From Armatimonadota bacterium (lineage in GTDB: Bacteria > Armatimonadota > UBA10988): a stretch of DNA of 64,000 nucleotides. Numbering within the stretch: position 1 is the stretch's first letter; the number at the start of each line of letters is the position of its first letter. Positions 1 to 9,679 of the stretch are shown piece after piece. Made by a program: the position numbers and the translations under genes. The stretch spans positions 64,001 to 128,000 of the forward strand of contig JACRKZ010000067.1 of the NCBI GenBank assembly GCA_016235455.1, in the 5' to 3' direction. The notes under the pieces are model-generated. The model saw only the letters and a list, made by a program, of their open reading frames with translations, searched no databases and was not told the DNA's origin.

Positions 1-426
1 TCGTCCTGTTGGGCGCTTGGGCCCACCGACAGCGCCGCGCGCCTGGTCCAGCTGCAGCCGGGCGCCGACCTGCGTGGCTACCAGATCGTCGGCGCCGAGT
101 TGCTGGCGGCACGGCTGCGCGGCGCCGACCTGCGTGGCAGCGCCTTGTGCTTCTCGATCCTTCCCAACGCCGACCTGCGCCAGGCCGACCTGAGCGGCGC
201 CAACCTGACCGGAGCTAGCCTGACCGGTGCGCGGCTGACCGGCGCCAACCTGTCGGGCAGCGACCTCAGCGGCGCCAACCTGGTCTACGCGGACCTCGAG
301 GGGGCCATCCTGGCGGGCTGTCGCTACGACTCGTCGACCGTCTGGCCCTCGGGCTTCACGCCGCCCATCGGCGCCGACGGCGGCTCCCGCAGTGTCGCCC
401 AGGCCAGCAGCAGCACCGCCAGCTGA
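1..426 (+). CDS. Pentapeptide-repeat protein (5'-partial, frame open from base 1)
   Basis: A(D/N)LxG repeats (GADLRG, NADLRQADLSGANLTGASLTGARLTGANLSGSDLSGANL) ending in the typical YDSSTVWPSGF cap. Confidence 0.85.
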   Translation, partial: SSCWALGPTDSAARLVQLQPGADLRGYQIVGAELLAARLRGADLRGSALCFSILPNADLRQADLSGANLTGASLTGARLTGANLSGSDLSGANLVYADLEGAILAGCRYDSSTVWPSGFTPPIGADGGSRSVAQASSSTAS

Positions 427-1586
427 ATGATCGCCGCGGCCCCGTAGGCCGCGTGGATGCCGTGCAGGCCGAGCAAGCCCGGTCCGCCGGTGGTGACCTT
501 GCTGATCCGGCCAGCCAGCAGATTGCCCAGCACCCCGCCGACACCGGTGACCAGACCGGCGTTGAGCGTCTGGCCCGTGGCGCGCAGGGGGAGTGGCACC
601 AGCCGCGACAAGTAGCCCATGGTGGCCAGGTGCACCGCCGCGAAGCCGAGCGCGTGCAAGGGCTGGAAGCACCACAGCACCACCATCGGTGAGAGCGGGA
701 AGCAGAACGCGGTCAGCCGGATGAGCCGGCCGGCGAAGCCCCACAGCATGAGTGTACGCAGCGACACGCGAGACAGCAGCCACGGCGCCGCGGCCAGCAT
801 GGCCACCTCAGCCAGCACCCCCATCGACCAGTAGGCGCCCTTCAGCCGGTCGGAGACACCGATGCTCTGCAGGTAGAGGCTGAGGAACAGGTAGTACGAC
901 TGGTTGGCGATCCAGCTCACCAGCAGCAGCGCCAGCAACCACTTGTAGCTCGGCAGGGCCAGCACGGCGCGCACGTGGCCGCCATCCAGCGGTTCATGCG
1001 CCTCGCCGTGGGTTTCGGGCATGTGCATGGCCCGCACCGACAGCAGCAGAGAAGTCAGGCTGAAGGCGATGAACACGGGGAACAGCCGCCGCAGCGGGTC
1101 TGATGTCTGCTCGTCGGCCAGCAGCAGCGGAATGATGGTGGCCGCCACCATGAAACCCAGCGAGCCCCACAGCCGAACGCGGCCATAGGTGCGGCCGTCG
1201 CTGTCGCCACGCGCGTGCAGCGCATCGAGGAAGAACGTATCGATGAGCGGAATGAGCGGCGACCGGCACAGGTAAAACACCACCACCACCGGGATCAGCG
1301 CCCACACGCGGGCGGGCATGACCCACAGCAGCGGGAAGCAGATGGCCAGCCCCAGCGAGAGCCGCGCCACCAGCCGGCCCTTGCGGCCCAGGCGGTCGGC
1401 CAGCGGCCCCCAGACCAGCGCCGAGACGATGACGCACAGACTGCCCACGGCCTCCAGCACGCCGATGGTCCAGTCGTCGAAACCACGACGATGGTAGAAC
1501 AGCGTCAGGTAGGTGACGTGCAGCGCAAACCCGGCGAACAGCCAGAAATAGAGCTGAGCATACGAAGCCAGACTGGTCAGCGGCAC
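324..1586 (-). CDS. MFS transporter (MFS_1_like/3-phenylpropionate permease-like)
   Basis: About 12 hydrophobic segments; motif A WGPLADRLGRK; YGRVRLWGSLGF; QPLHAL. Confidence 0.88.
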   Translation of the reverse strand: MPLTSLASYAQLYFWLFAGFALHVTYLTLFYHRRGFDDWTIGVLEAVGSLCVIVSALVWGPLADRLGRKGRLVARLSLGLAICFPLLWVMPARVWALIPVVVVFYLCRSPLIPLIDTFFLDALHARGDSDGRTYGRVRLWGSLGFMVAATIIPLLLADEQTSDPLRRLFPVFIAFSLTSLLLSVRAMHMPETHGEAHEPLDGGHVRAVLALPSYKWLLALLLVSWIANQSYYLFLSLYLQSIGVSDRLKGAYWSMGVLAEVAMLAAAPWLLSRVSLRTLMLWGFAGRLIRLTAFCFPLSPMVVLWCFQPLHALGFAAVHLATMGYLSRLVPLPLRATGQTLNAGLVTGVGGVLGNLLAGRISKVTTGGPGLLGLHGIHAAYGAAAIIQLAVLLLAWATLREPPSAPMGGVKPEGQTVDES

Positions 1587-1611
1587 GGCAGATCACCTGG
1601 TAGGAACACGG

Positions 1612-1710
1612 CGAGCCCGCCGACCTCGAGAGGAGCGGCGGGCTCGTGGAGTTGGTCAGAGTACGCCCTGGGGCGGTCGCGCAGCCCGTTCGAACAGGCT
1701 CCGCGACCGC
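1612..1710. terminator. Two intergenic GC-rich hairpins between the permease genes
   Basis: CGAGCCCGCCG/CGGCGGGCTCG (1612-1646) and GCGGTCGCG/CGCGACCGC (1673-1710); no strong U-tract. Confidence 0.45.
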
Positions 1711-1719
1711 TCATGCGGC

Positions 1720-2994
1720 TCAGTGACCCCCGTTGCCTTCGATCTTGCCTTCGTCCTTGAAGAACAGGAGGAAGACGACCATGACGATGGCAGCAAAGCC
1801 CGCCAGCGGCCACCAGAACGTCGGCCACTGGCCCAGCGAGGCCGCGGTGCCCTTGTCGACGTTGGCGAAGACCGTCGCCGAGAACTTGGAGATGACCATG
1901 GCGCCGATCCACATGCCGATGCCCTGGGTGAACAGGATGTTCATGCCCTGGCACTGACCGCGGACGTTGCTGGGCGTGCTGTTGTCCACGTAGATCTGGC
2001 CGGTGACGAAGAAGAAGTCGTAGCACACGCCATGGAGCGCGATACCGATGGTCACCAGCGCCAGGCCGAAGCTCCCCATCGGCGCACCGATGGCGAACAG
2101 CACGTAGCGCGTGATCCAGGCGGCGATGCCGATGAAGATCAGCTTCTTGACGCCAAGCTTGCGCAGGAACCAGGCCATGGCGAACATCATGCCGGCCTCG
2201 AAGAAGGTGCCGATGTTCTGCAAGGCGGTGGTCTTGACCACCCCCATGGCGACCAACTGGAGCTGCAACATCGAGTAGTAGGCAGCCAGCGGGATGCAGA
2301 CCAGGAACGAGCAGAGGATGAAGACCAGGAACGACGGGTTCTTCATCTGCGCCCAGGCGTCCATGAACAGCAGCGAGCGGGTGTCGACCGGCTGGCCCTT
2401 CTTGGGCGCGGGCGTGGCCGGCAGGCTCAGGCAGAGCAGGCCGAGCAGGACCCCAGCGCCGCCGGCCAGGTAGAACTGGACCGCCGACTTGTTGCCCTCA
2501 TGGAAGCAGAAGGCCAGGACAAAACCGGCGATGATCCAGCCGATGGTGCCCCACATGCGGACGCGCGGGAACTGGATGCTGCCCTCGGGCAGGTGGTGGA
2601 ACGAGAGGCTGGCGGTCAGGCCCAGGGTGGGCATGTAGCACAGCATGTGGATGAAGATCAGGACGATGAACGCCACGCCCTGCGACATGCCGAAGACCGG
2701 CCCGGTGATGTGCGGCATGGCAAACATGACCAGACCGCCGATGAAGAACAGGGCGGCGAGGACCTTCTCCATGTTGAAGAAGCGGTCCACGATCAGGCCC
2801 ATGAGAATCGGCGTCACGATGGCCGACAACGGACCAGCGCCATAGGCCATGGCCACGTTCTTGTCCATGCCATGCGCGTTCATGTAGACGCCGACCGACA
2901 GGTACCAGGCGCCCCACATGAAGAACTGGAGAAACAACATCGCCGACAGCTTGAGGATGATGTTCCCGCCGCCGGCCCCTTCTTGCTTAGCCAT
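1720..2994 (-). CDS. Nucleoside:H+ symporter family MFS permease (NupG/XapB-like)
   Basis: LSAMLFLQFFMWGAW, YMPTLGL, FPRVRMWGTIGWI, LHGVCYDFFFVTGQIYVD motifs; ATG at 2994 after an AAGAAGGG SD. Confidence 0.9.
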   Translation of the reverse strand: MAKQEGAGGGNIILKLSAMLFLQFFMWGAWYLSVGVYMNAHGMDKNVAMAYGAGPLSAIVTPILMGLIVDRFFNMEKVLAALFFIGGLVMFAMPHITGPVFGMSQGVAFIVLIFIHMLCYMPTLGLTASLSFHHLPEGSIQFPRVRMWGTIGWIIAGFVLAFCFHEGNKSAVQFYLAGGAGVLLGLLCLSLPATPAPKKGQPVDTRSLLFMDAWAQMKNPSFLVFILCSFLVCIPLAAYYSMLQLQLVAMGVVKTTALQNIGTFFEAGMMFAMAWFLRKLGVKKLIFIGIAAWITRYVLFAIGAPMGSFGLALVTIGIALHGVCYDFFFVTGQIYVDNSTPSNVRGQCQGMNILFTQGIGMWIGAMVISKFSATVFANVDKGTAASLGQWPTFWWPLAGFAAIVMVVFLLFFKDEGKIEGNGGH

Positions 2995-3129
2995 GCCCAA
3001 TCCCTTCTTTCCCAGGCCCCGCGCAGCCCCCGCGTACGCCGCCCGGATGCATCCGGTAGCCTACCACAGCCCAGCCGAGACGTGCAATGAGACGCGCCTC
3101 AGCTTCTCACATTGCCGGCCCAGTGCCTG

Positions 3130-3138
3130 TGCTATACT
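3130..3138 (+). promoter_or_regulatory. Extended -10 promoter for the oxidoreductase/DUF1080 operon
   Basis: TGCTATACT (TGn-TATACT) about 130 nt upstream of ATG 3271. Confidence 0.55.
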
Positions 3139-3270
3139 GCGCCGCTGAGGACAACGTCCTCGGGGGCTGCGCCGGACGAGACGATGTGGAGCTGTGGGCA
3201 GGAGGAGCCCGCGGAGCCGCGAACCAGTCTCGTGTCCTTGGATAACGAGGAGCGAATCGGGAGCCTCCAG

Positions 3271-4481
3271 ATGCCAGACTCGAATGTGACCCGACGCACT
3301 TTCCTAGGCCAAAGCCTGGGAACCGCGGCGGCCGTGTCAACCTTCTCCATCGTGCCCAGCCGAGTCCTTGCCCAGTCGCCAGCCGACAAGCTGACTCACG
3401 CCATCATCGGCGTAGGCGGCATGGGCAGTGGCCATATCGACTACGTCAACGCCGACCGCTCGGTCCTGGTGGCCGTCGCCGACTGCGACAAAGGGCGCAT
3501 GGAAGGCGCGGTGGCCAAGGCCAAGGGCAACCGCCACACCTCCTGCCGCGGCTACACCGACTTCCGCGAGATGCTCGACAAAGAGAAGATCGACATCTGC
3601 CACATCGCCACGCCGCCGCACTGGCACGCGCTGGCCTCGGTCATGGCCCTCGACGCGGGCTGCGACGTGTGGTGCGAGAAGCCCATGACCCACCACATCG
3701 GCGAAGGCTCGCCGGTGATCGAAGCCGTGCGCCGCAACGGCCGCGTCTTCCGACTCAACACCTGGTTCCGACTCAACAGCGGGTTCTACGGGCTGGGCAC
3801 CGATGGTCGGGCCGCACGGATCTCAAGCCCGAACCCGTACCCGCGGGCTTCGACTACGACATGTGGTTGGGACCGGCGCCCTACAAGCCGTATAGCGCCC
3901 ACCGCACGCACGGCACGTTCCGTGGCTACTGGGACTACGATGGCGGCGGCCTGGGCGACATGGGCCAGCACTACCTCGACCCGGTGCAGTACTTCCTCGG
4001 CAAGGACAACGAGAGCCCGGTCGAGATCCAGGCCTGGGCGCCGTACCCCGTGCATCCCGATGCCTGCGGCTCCTGGTACCAGGTCGAGATGACCTACGCC
4101 GACGGCTGCAAGATCATCCTCGAGGCCGATGTGGTGCCGGACGAAAACTCGGTGACCCGTGGCAAGCCCTACATCGAAGGCCCCAAGGGCAAGGTCTGGC
4201 CGGGCTTCCGGCTGGATCCGCCGGAGCTGCGCGATGCGCTGGCCAACCTGCCCGACCCGGAGCCGATGATCCAGGACTTCGAAGAGTCGGTGCGCACGCG
4301 CAAGCCGTTCGGCCTCAACGAGGTCAACGGCCACCGCAGCTGCACGCTGATCAACCTGGCCAACGCCGCCATCCGCACCGGGCGCAAGCTGCGCTTCGAC
4401 TCGGCGACCATGCGCTTTGTGGGCGATGACGAGGCCAACCGCCTCATCGACCAGCCCTACCGCGCACCGTGGCACCTGTGA
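3271..4481 (+). pseudogene. Tat-exported Gfo/Idh/MocA oxidoreductase disrupted by a frameshift near 3801-3804
   Basis: N-half in one frame (TRRTFL Tat motif, IIGVGGMG, IATPPHWH, CEKP); C-half in another frame (DYDMWLGPAP, FRGYWDYDGGGLGDMGQH, PYRAPW). Confidence 0.8.
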
Positions 4482-4501
4482 GCCGGAAAGGACTCGCTTC
4501 C

Positions 4502-7500
4502 ATGCGACGCCGACTACTGACTTTGACCGCGGGTCTGCTGCTCAGCCTGACCTGCGCCTTCGGCCAGGCCCTTGATCTGGCCAAGCAACTGCCCATCAAC
4601 AACGCCAAGGACCCGCAAGCCTCGATGGACGCGAGCTGGAAGGTCCTGGGCGAACTGGCCAAGCTGGGCGCCGATGCCGTCAAGCAACTGAGCGCCGCGC
4701 AGGGCACGGCCGATGAGGCCAAGGCCTACTTCGCGCTCAACGGCCTGCGCACCTACGCCATGCGGCCCGGCGGCGACGCCGACCGCGCCGCCGTCGAGAG
4801 CGGCCTGCTCGACCAGATCAAGGCCAAGACCGACGCCGACCAGCGCAACCGCCTGATCCAGCTGCTGCAGTACCTGGCCACCGACAAGTCGGTGCCGGAG
4901 ATGGCGCCGCTGCTGGCCAACGACGACGCCAACGACTATGCCGTGCGCGTGCTGGCTTCGCTGGCCACGCCGGCCGCCAAGGCCGCGCTCGTCAAGGGCC
5001 AGGCTGGGCTCAAGGGCCGGCCGTTGGCCAATGTGGTGCGGGCGTTGGGCGAACTGGGCATCAAGGAGGCCAACGCCGCCATCCTGCCGCTGGCCACCTC
5101 CGATGACGCCGCGGTCAAGGCCGCCGCGCTCTACTCGCTGGCCATGCTGGGCGATGCCGCCAGCCGCGACACGCTGGTCAAGGCCGCCGACGCCGCGGGC
5201 AAGCTGGAACGCGCGGGCAACACCGCGCTGCTGCTGCGCTGGGCCGCTCGGGCTGGCGAGGCCGGTGCCGCCGCCGCGCGTGACCTGATCAAGGCGCGCG
5301 CCGCGGAGCCCAACACCGTCGTCGACGCCAACCTGGCCCTGCTCGGCGCGCTGGGCGACAAGGGCCTGCCCGAGTTCATCGCCGCGCTGGACACCCCGAA
5401 CCAGCAGGTGCGCGATGGTCTGCTGGCCGGCAGCGGCACGGTCGCCGGCGCGGCCATGTCCGACGCCCTGGTGGCCAAGCTCGACAGCGCCAAGCCCGAG
5501 CTGAAGGCCGCCATCCTGCGCACGCTGGGCAAGCGCGGTGCGCCGCAGGCCGCGGCCGCGCTGCGGACTGCCCTCAACGACGCCGACAAGTCGGTGGCGC
5601 TGGCCGCCATCGACGCCGCCGCCTGGCTGCTGCCCGCGGGGCCCGGCATCCTGCTGACCGCCATGGGCGGCGACCAGCCCGACCTCATCGCCGCCGCCGG
5701 CACGCAGCTCGCGCGCCTCGGCGACGAGCAGGCCGTGCGGGCGCTGGTCCTGACCATTCGCTCGGCCAACAACACGGCACAGGCCAAGCGCTACCTGGGC
5801 CGCCTGGGTCAGGCCGGTGGCGGAGCCGCCTGGCGCGTGCTAGGCATCTTCGTGACCGACCCGATCCTCGGGCCAGACGCCGCCGCGGCCGTGGCCACGG
5901 CGCTCACGCCCCGGCCCAACACCAAGCCGGCGCTGACCGCCGACAACCGCAAGACCGCCGAGCTGGCCGCCGCGGTAGCCACGGACCCCGCCGCCAAGGC
6001 CAAGCTGGCCGCGCTGGTGGGCGGTGGCGGCGGACCGGCCAAGGACACCAACCTGGCGCTCAACAAGCCGGTCTTCGAGAGCGGCGACCATGAGGCCGAC
6101 CAGGTGCCCGAGAATGCCGTCGACGGCAAGTTCGACGACCCGGGCGTGGGCTGGTGGACGCCGGGCCCGGCCAGCATCACCGTCAACCTGCAGAACGTCT
6201 ACCGCATCGACCGCGTCAAGGTCTACACCTACTGGCTGGACGGCCGCTCCTATCAGTACACGGTCGACATCTCAATGGACAACAAGTCCTGGTCGCCGGT
6301 GGCCGACCGCAGCAAGAACACCGACGCCTCCACGAGCAAGGGTGACGAGATCACCTTCCCGGCCACCGACGCCAAGTTCGTGCGGCTGAACATGCTCAAG
6401 AACACGGCCAACGCCTCGATGCACGTGGTCGAGTTCCAGGTCTTCCCGGTCGGCGCGGCGGCCGCGCCGGCGGTGGCGGGCAAGAGCCTGGCCGAGGGCA
6501 AGCCGGTTACCGGTGAGCCGGCCGCCGAGGCCGACAACACGCCCGAACGCGCCGTGGACGGCCTGTCGGACAACACCGACCAGGGCTGGTGGGCCGGCGG
6601 CACGCCGGCCACGCTGACCGTCGACCTGAAGGACACCTTCAAGATCGACACCACCCAGGTCTGGTTCTACTGGGGCAATGAGCGCTCCTATCAGTGGAAG
6701 GTGGAGACGAGCAAGGACGGCAAGGAGTGGACCCTGGCCGCCGACCGCACCGCCAACACCGAGAACACCAGCGACAAGGGCTTCATCGACACCTTCAAGA
6801 CGGTCGAAGCCCGCTATGTGCGGCTGGTGGTGACCAAGAACAGCGCCAATCCCAGCTCGCATGTGGTCGAGTTCAAGGTCTTCGCCGAGGGTACCGGGCC
6901 CAAGGCCGCGCCGGTGGTTCCGCCGCGCGTGGTCGAGGCCCCCAAGCCCGACGCCGACGGCTACCAGAACCTGCTGTACGACAAGGATCTGGGCGCCAGC
7001 GGCTGGGTCGGCTCGACCAAGGGCTACGAACTGGATGACCAGGGCGTGTTGCACTGCATCAAGAACCAGGGCGGCAACCTGCTGACGGCCAAGGAGTACG
7101 GCGACTTCAGCTTCCGGTTCGAGTTCAAGCTGACGCCGGGCGCCAACAACGGCGTGGGCATTCGCACGCCGGTGGGCGTCAATGCGGCCTACGGTGGCAT
7201 GGAGATCCAGATCCTGGACGACCGCCACCCGATGTACAAGGACCTCCACGACTACCAGGCCCACGGCAGCGTCTACGGTGTCGTGCCGGCCAAGCGCGAC
7301 CTGCTCAAGCCGGTGGGCGAGTGGAACGCCGAGGAGATCATCTGCCAGGGCACGAAGATCAAGATCATCGTCAACGGCCAGGTCGCCGTGGATGCCGATC
7401 TGAAGGACTGCAAGCCCGTGGACGGCCAGCAGCACCCTGGCTTGCTGAACCCCAAGGGCCACGTCGGCTTCCTGGGTCACACCGATGAGCTCTGGTTCCG

Positions 7501-7525
7501 CAACGTGAAGATCAAGGAGCTGTAA
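4502..7525 (+). CDS. Secreted HEAT-repeat + 2x F5/8 type C (CBM32-like) + DUF1080 (3-keto-glycoside hydrolase-like) protein
   Basis: Signal peptide; Ala/Leu-rich HEAT repeats; two discoidin units (NLALNKP..AVDG..WW..ARYVRL..EFKVF); C-terminal DUF1080 (YGDFSFRFEFK..NNGVGIR..EIQILD..GEWN..GFLGH..FRNVKIKEL). Confidence 0.88.
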   Translation: MRRRLLTLTAGLLLSLTCAFGQALDLAKQLPINNAKDPQASMDASWKVLGELAKLGADAVKQLSAAQGTADEAKAYFALNGLRTYAMRPGGDADRAAVESGLLDQIKAKTDADQRNRLIQLLQYLATDKSVPEMAPLLANDDANDYAVRVLASLATPAAKAALVKGQAGLKGRPLANVVRALGELGIKEANAAILPLATSDDAAVKAAALYSLAMLGDAASRDTLVKAADAAGKLERAGNTALLLRWAARAGEAGAAAARDLIKARAAEPNTVVDANLALLGALGDKGLPEFIAALDTPNQQVRDGLLAGSGTVAGAAMSDALVAKLDSAKPELKAAILRTLGKRGAPQAAAALRTALNDADKSVALAAIDAAAWLLPAGPGILLTAMGGDQPDLIAAAGTQLARLGDEQAVRALVLTIRSANNTAQAKRYLGRLGQAGGGAAWRVLGIFVTDPILGPDAAAAVATALTPRPNTKPALTADNRKTAELAAAVATDPAAKAKLAALVGGGGGPAKDTNLALNKPVFESGDHEADQVPENAVDGKFDDPGVGWWTPGPASITVNLQNVYRIDRVKVYTYWLDGRSYQYTVDISMDNKSWSPVADRSKNTDASTSKGDEITFPATDAKFVRLNMLKNTANASMHVVEFQVFPVGAAAAPAVAGKSLAEGKPVTGEPAAEADNTPERAVDGLSDNTDQGWWAGGTPATLTVDLKDTFKIDTTQVWFYWGNERSYQWKVETSKDGKEWTLAADRTANTENTSDKGFIDTFKTVEARYVRLVVTKNSANPSSHVVEFKVFAEGTGPKAAPVVPPRVVEAPKPDADGYQNLLYDKDLGASGWVGSTKGYELDDQGVLHCIKNQGGNLLTAKEYGDFSFRFEFKLTPGANNGVGIRTPVGVNAAYGGMEIQILDDRHPMYKDLHDYQAHGSVYGVVPAKRDLLKPVGEWNAEEIICQGTKIKIIVNGQVAVDADLKDCKPVDGQQHPGLLNPKGHVGFLGHTDELWFRNVKIKEL

Positions 7526-7552
7526 GGCTCGCCGCGGAGCAGACTACCCGAT

Positions 7553-7601
7553 CAACAGAACGGGGCGGATGGGAGACCGGCCCATCCGCCCCGTTCTGTT
7601 G
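7553..7601. terminator. Bidirectional terminator between convergent genes
   Basis: Perfect 21-bp inverted repeat CAACAGAACGGGGCGGATGGG/CCCATCCGCCCCGTTCTGTTG with a 7-nt loop. Confidence 0.8.
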
Positions 7602-7603
7602 TC

Positions 7604-9673
7604 TCAGCGCTGTGCTTCGTCCTTCAGCCGCAGCACCTTCTCGTGCTCGGCCTCGGTCAGGCCCTTCTCGCTCATCAGCGCCTGGCGCTCGTCCGCGCTC
7701 AAGCTCGCCATGATCTTGAGGTTATCGTCGTAGTTGGCCAGCCAGGCCTCGATATCGGGCAGCGCTCGCCGCCTGGCATCGGCGATGCGGCCGGCATCGG
7801 TGTCCAGCGCCGCGATGCGCAACAGCGCCTCGGCGTGGACCGTGTCGAGTTGATAGGTCAACGCCTTCACCGCCAGCGCTGGCGTCTGGGCCAGCCGGTC
7901 GAGTTCGCGATAGACGCCCAGGGCGTCCGCCGGGCGGTCGGCCTTCTCCAGCAGTTGACCCAGTTGCAGTCGCCCTTGTAGGTGCAACGGGCTGAGCGCC
8001 ACGGCCAGCGCCGACTGCGTCACGGCCTCGTCGAGCCGGCCCCAGCGCGCCTCGCAGGCCGCCAACCGGTAATGCGGGCGGGCGCTCGTGGGGCGCCGCG
8101 CGATGACCTGACGATAGGCCGCGCGGGCCTCGTCACGACGGTCCATCGAGGCCAGCAGGCTGGCCCAATCCTCCATGGCCAGCGCGGCCCATGGCTGCCA
8201 GGTCATGGCCGTCTGGTAGGCGCTCTCGGCGGTGCCCGGCGCGCCGCCGGCGTGCGCCGCCTGGCCCGCGGCGCGCGCCGTCTCGCTGAGCGACATGGCC
8301 GCCAGCAGCAGGGCCAGCGCCAGGCCCGCCAGCCAGCCCTTGCTCCGCCGTGGCGCGGCGGTCACGGCCGGCGCGGTGGCCGCGGCCAGCAGCACCAGGG
8401 CGCCGCCCACGGCAGTCACGCTCCAGCCAGTGTCCACCAGCCCGGCCAGGGCCACGCCGATCACGCTGGCCAGCGCCGCCACCCCGAGCGCCACCTGCCC
8501 GCCGTCGGCCACCTGGCGCCGCGCGTCACGCAGCATCACGGCGTACAGCGCGGCCAGCGCCAGCACCCCAGCCACGCCCACTTCGGCGCCGATGCCCAGC
8601 CAGTCGCTGTGCGCGTGCTGGGTGTAGCCGCTGTGGGCGAACTGGGCATAGGCCAGCGCCCAGCCACCCAGCCCGCAGCCCAGCAGCGGATGGGCGCGGA
8701 TCATGTCCAGCGAGCCGCCCCACACCAGCATGCGGAACTGCTGCGAGTGGGACTGCGTGGCCAGTGCCAGGAACCGTGCGCGCAACGGACCCAACAGCGC
8801 CAGCGCGGCCACCAGCACGATGACCGCCAGCGCGCCGAGCGCCGCTTTGCGCCGCCCGCCCCGCGCCAACGCCACCGTGGCCGTCACGGCACCGGCCATG
8901 ACGGCCAGGAATCCGCCCTTGGAGCCGGTCAGGCCCAGCGCGGCCAGCACCAGCAACGCGCCCAGCGCACCGAGCAGGCGCAGCTTGGCCGAGGCGGAGC
9001 GCACCTGGTTGGCTTCCAGCCAGCGCACCGGCGCACTGTCTTCGCCCAGCCAGGCAGCGCCCGCCAGGCACAACGGCGCCGACACCACCAGGAAGGCGGC
9101 GAACTGGTTGGGGTTGCCAAAGCCGGCGAAGACGCGCCAGCCGGCATCGCCCGCGCGCAGGTTGGGCAGGTACTCGCGCAGCGCCGTCAGGGCGATGAGC
9201 GTGGCCCCGGTCACCAGGCCGGCCAGCACCACGGAGCGCCGCACGCGTAGCGCCGCCTGGCACAGCAGGAGCAGCAGCCCGAGGCGCGTCAACTCGGCCA
9301 CGCCGTATTCCAGATCCGCGGGATAGGCCAACGGCAGGCGCTGGCCGAAGGGTGTCACCACCGAACCGGCCGCGCGCGGCAGCAGCGACACAGCGCCGAG
9401 CACGAGCAGGGCCGTCAGCGGCCAGACCGCCGCCGACCGGCGCAGCGGCGTCGGCCGCAGCATGACCACCAGCAGGGCACCGATGGCCAGGATCAGCCTT
9501 CCCCAAGGCACGCCAACCTGTACCGGACTGTCGAGCACGATGCCACGGCCCAGGAACGGCAGGGCCGCGGCCACGGCGAACAGGAGCAGTTCGGGCAGCG
9601 CGACGGCGGGCTTGACCAGCGGGGCCGCCGCGGGCTCGGGCGCCGGTGGAGCGGTGCGGCGAGGCTTGGGCAT
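7604..9673 (-). CDS. O-antigen ligase (Wzy_C) family membrane protein with C-terminal TPRs
   Basis: FGNPNQFAAFL, LTGSKGG, R..VW..SLDMIRAHPLLGCGLG, HAHSDWL..AEVG motifs; TPR-like tail. Confidence 0.85.
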   Translation of the reverse strand: MPKPRRTAPPAPEPAAAPLVKPAVALPELLLFAVAAALPFLGRGIVLDSPVQVGVPWGRLILAIGALLVVMLRPTPLRRSAAVWPLTALLVLGAVSLLPRAAGSVVTPFGQRLPLAYPADLEYGVAELTRLGLLLLLCQAALRVRRSVVLAGLVTGATLIALTALREYLPNLRAGDAGWRVFAGFGNPNQFAAFLVVSAPLCLAGAAWLGEDSAPVRWLEANQVRSASAKLRLLGALGALLVLAALGLTGSKGGFLAVMAGAVTATVALARGGRRKAALGALAVIVLVAALALLGPLRARFLALATQSHSQQFRMLVWGGSLDMIRAHPLLGCGLGGWALAYAQFAHSGYTQHAHSDWLGIGAEVGVAGVLALAALYAVMLRDARRQVADGGQVALGVAALASVIGVALAGLVDTGWSVTAVGGALVLLAAATAPAVTAAPRRSKGWLAGLALALLLAAMSLSETARAAGQAAHAGGAPGTAESAYQTAMTWQPWAALAMEDWASLLASMDRRDEARAAYRQVIARRPTSARPHYRLAACEARWGRLDEAVTQSALAVALSPLHLQGRLQLGQLLEKADRPADALGVYRELDRLAQTPALAVKALTYQLDTVHAEALLRIAALDTDAGRIADARRRALPDIEAWLANYDDNLKIMASLSADERQALMSEKGLTEAEHEKVLRLKDEAQR

Positions 9674-9679
9674 GGCAGG

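Noticed and set aside
1723-3090. Long antisense or alternate-frame ORFs (also 9815-11569, 14519-16600, 23732-25981, 26125-27771, 42546-44726, 54658-56832, 60938-62704)
   Set aside because: Shadow ORFs opposite well-supported genes; expected at high GC; no motifs
3790-3810. Programmed ribosomal frameshift
   Set aside because: No slippery sequence, and coding sequence appears to be missing at the junction
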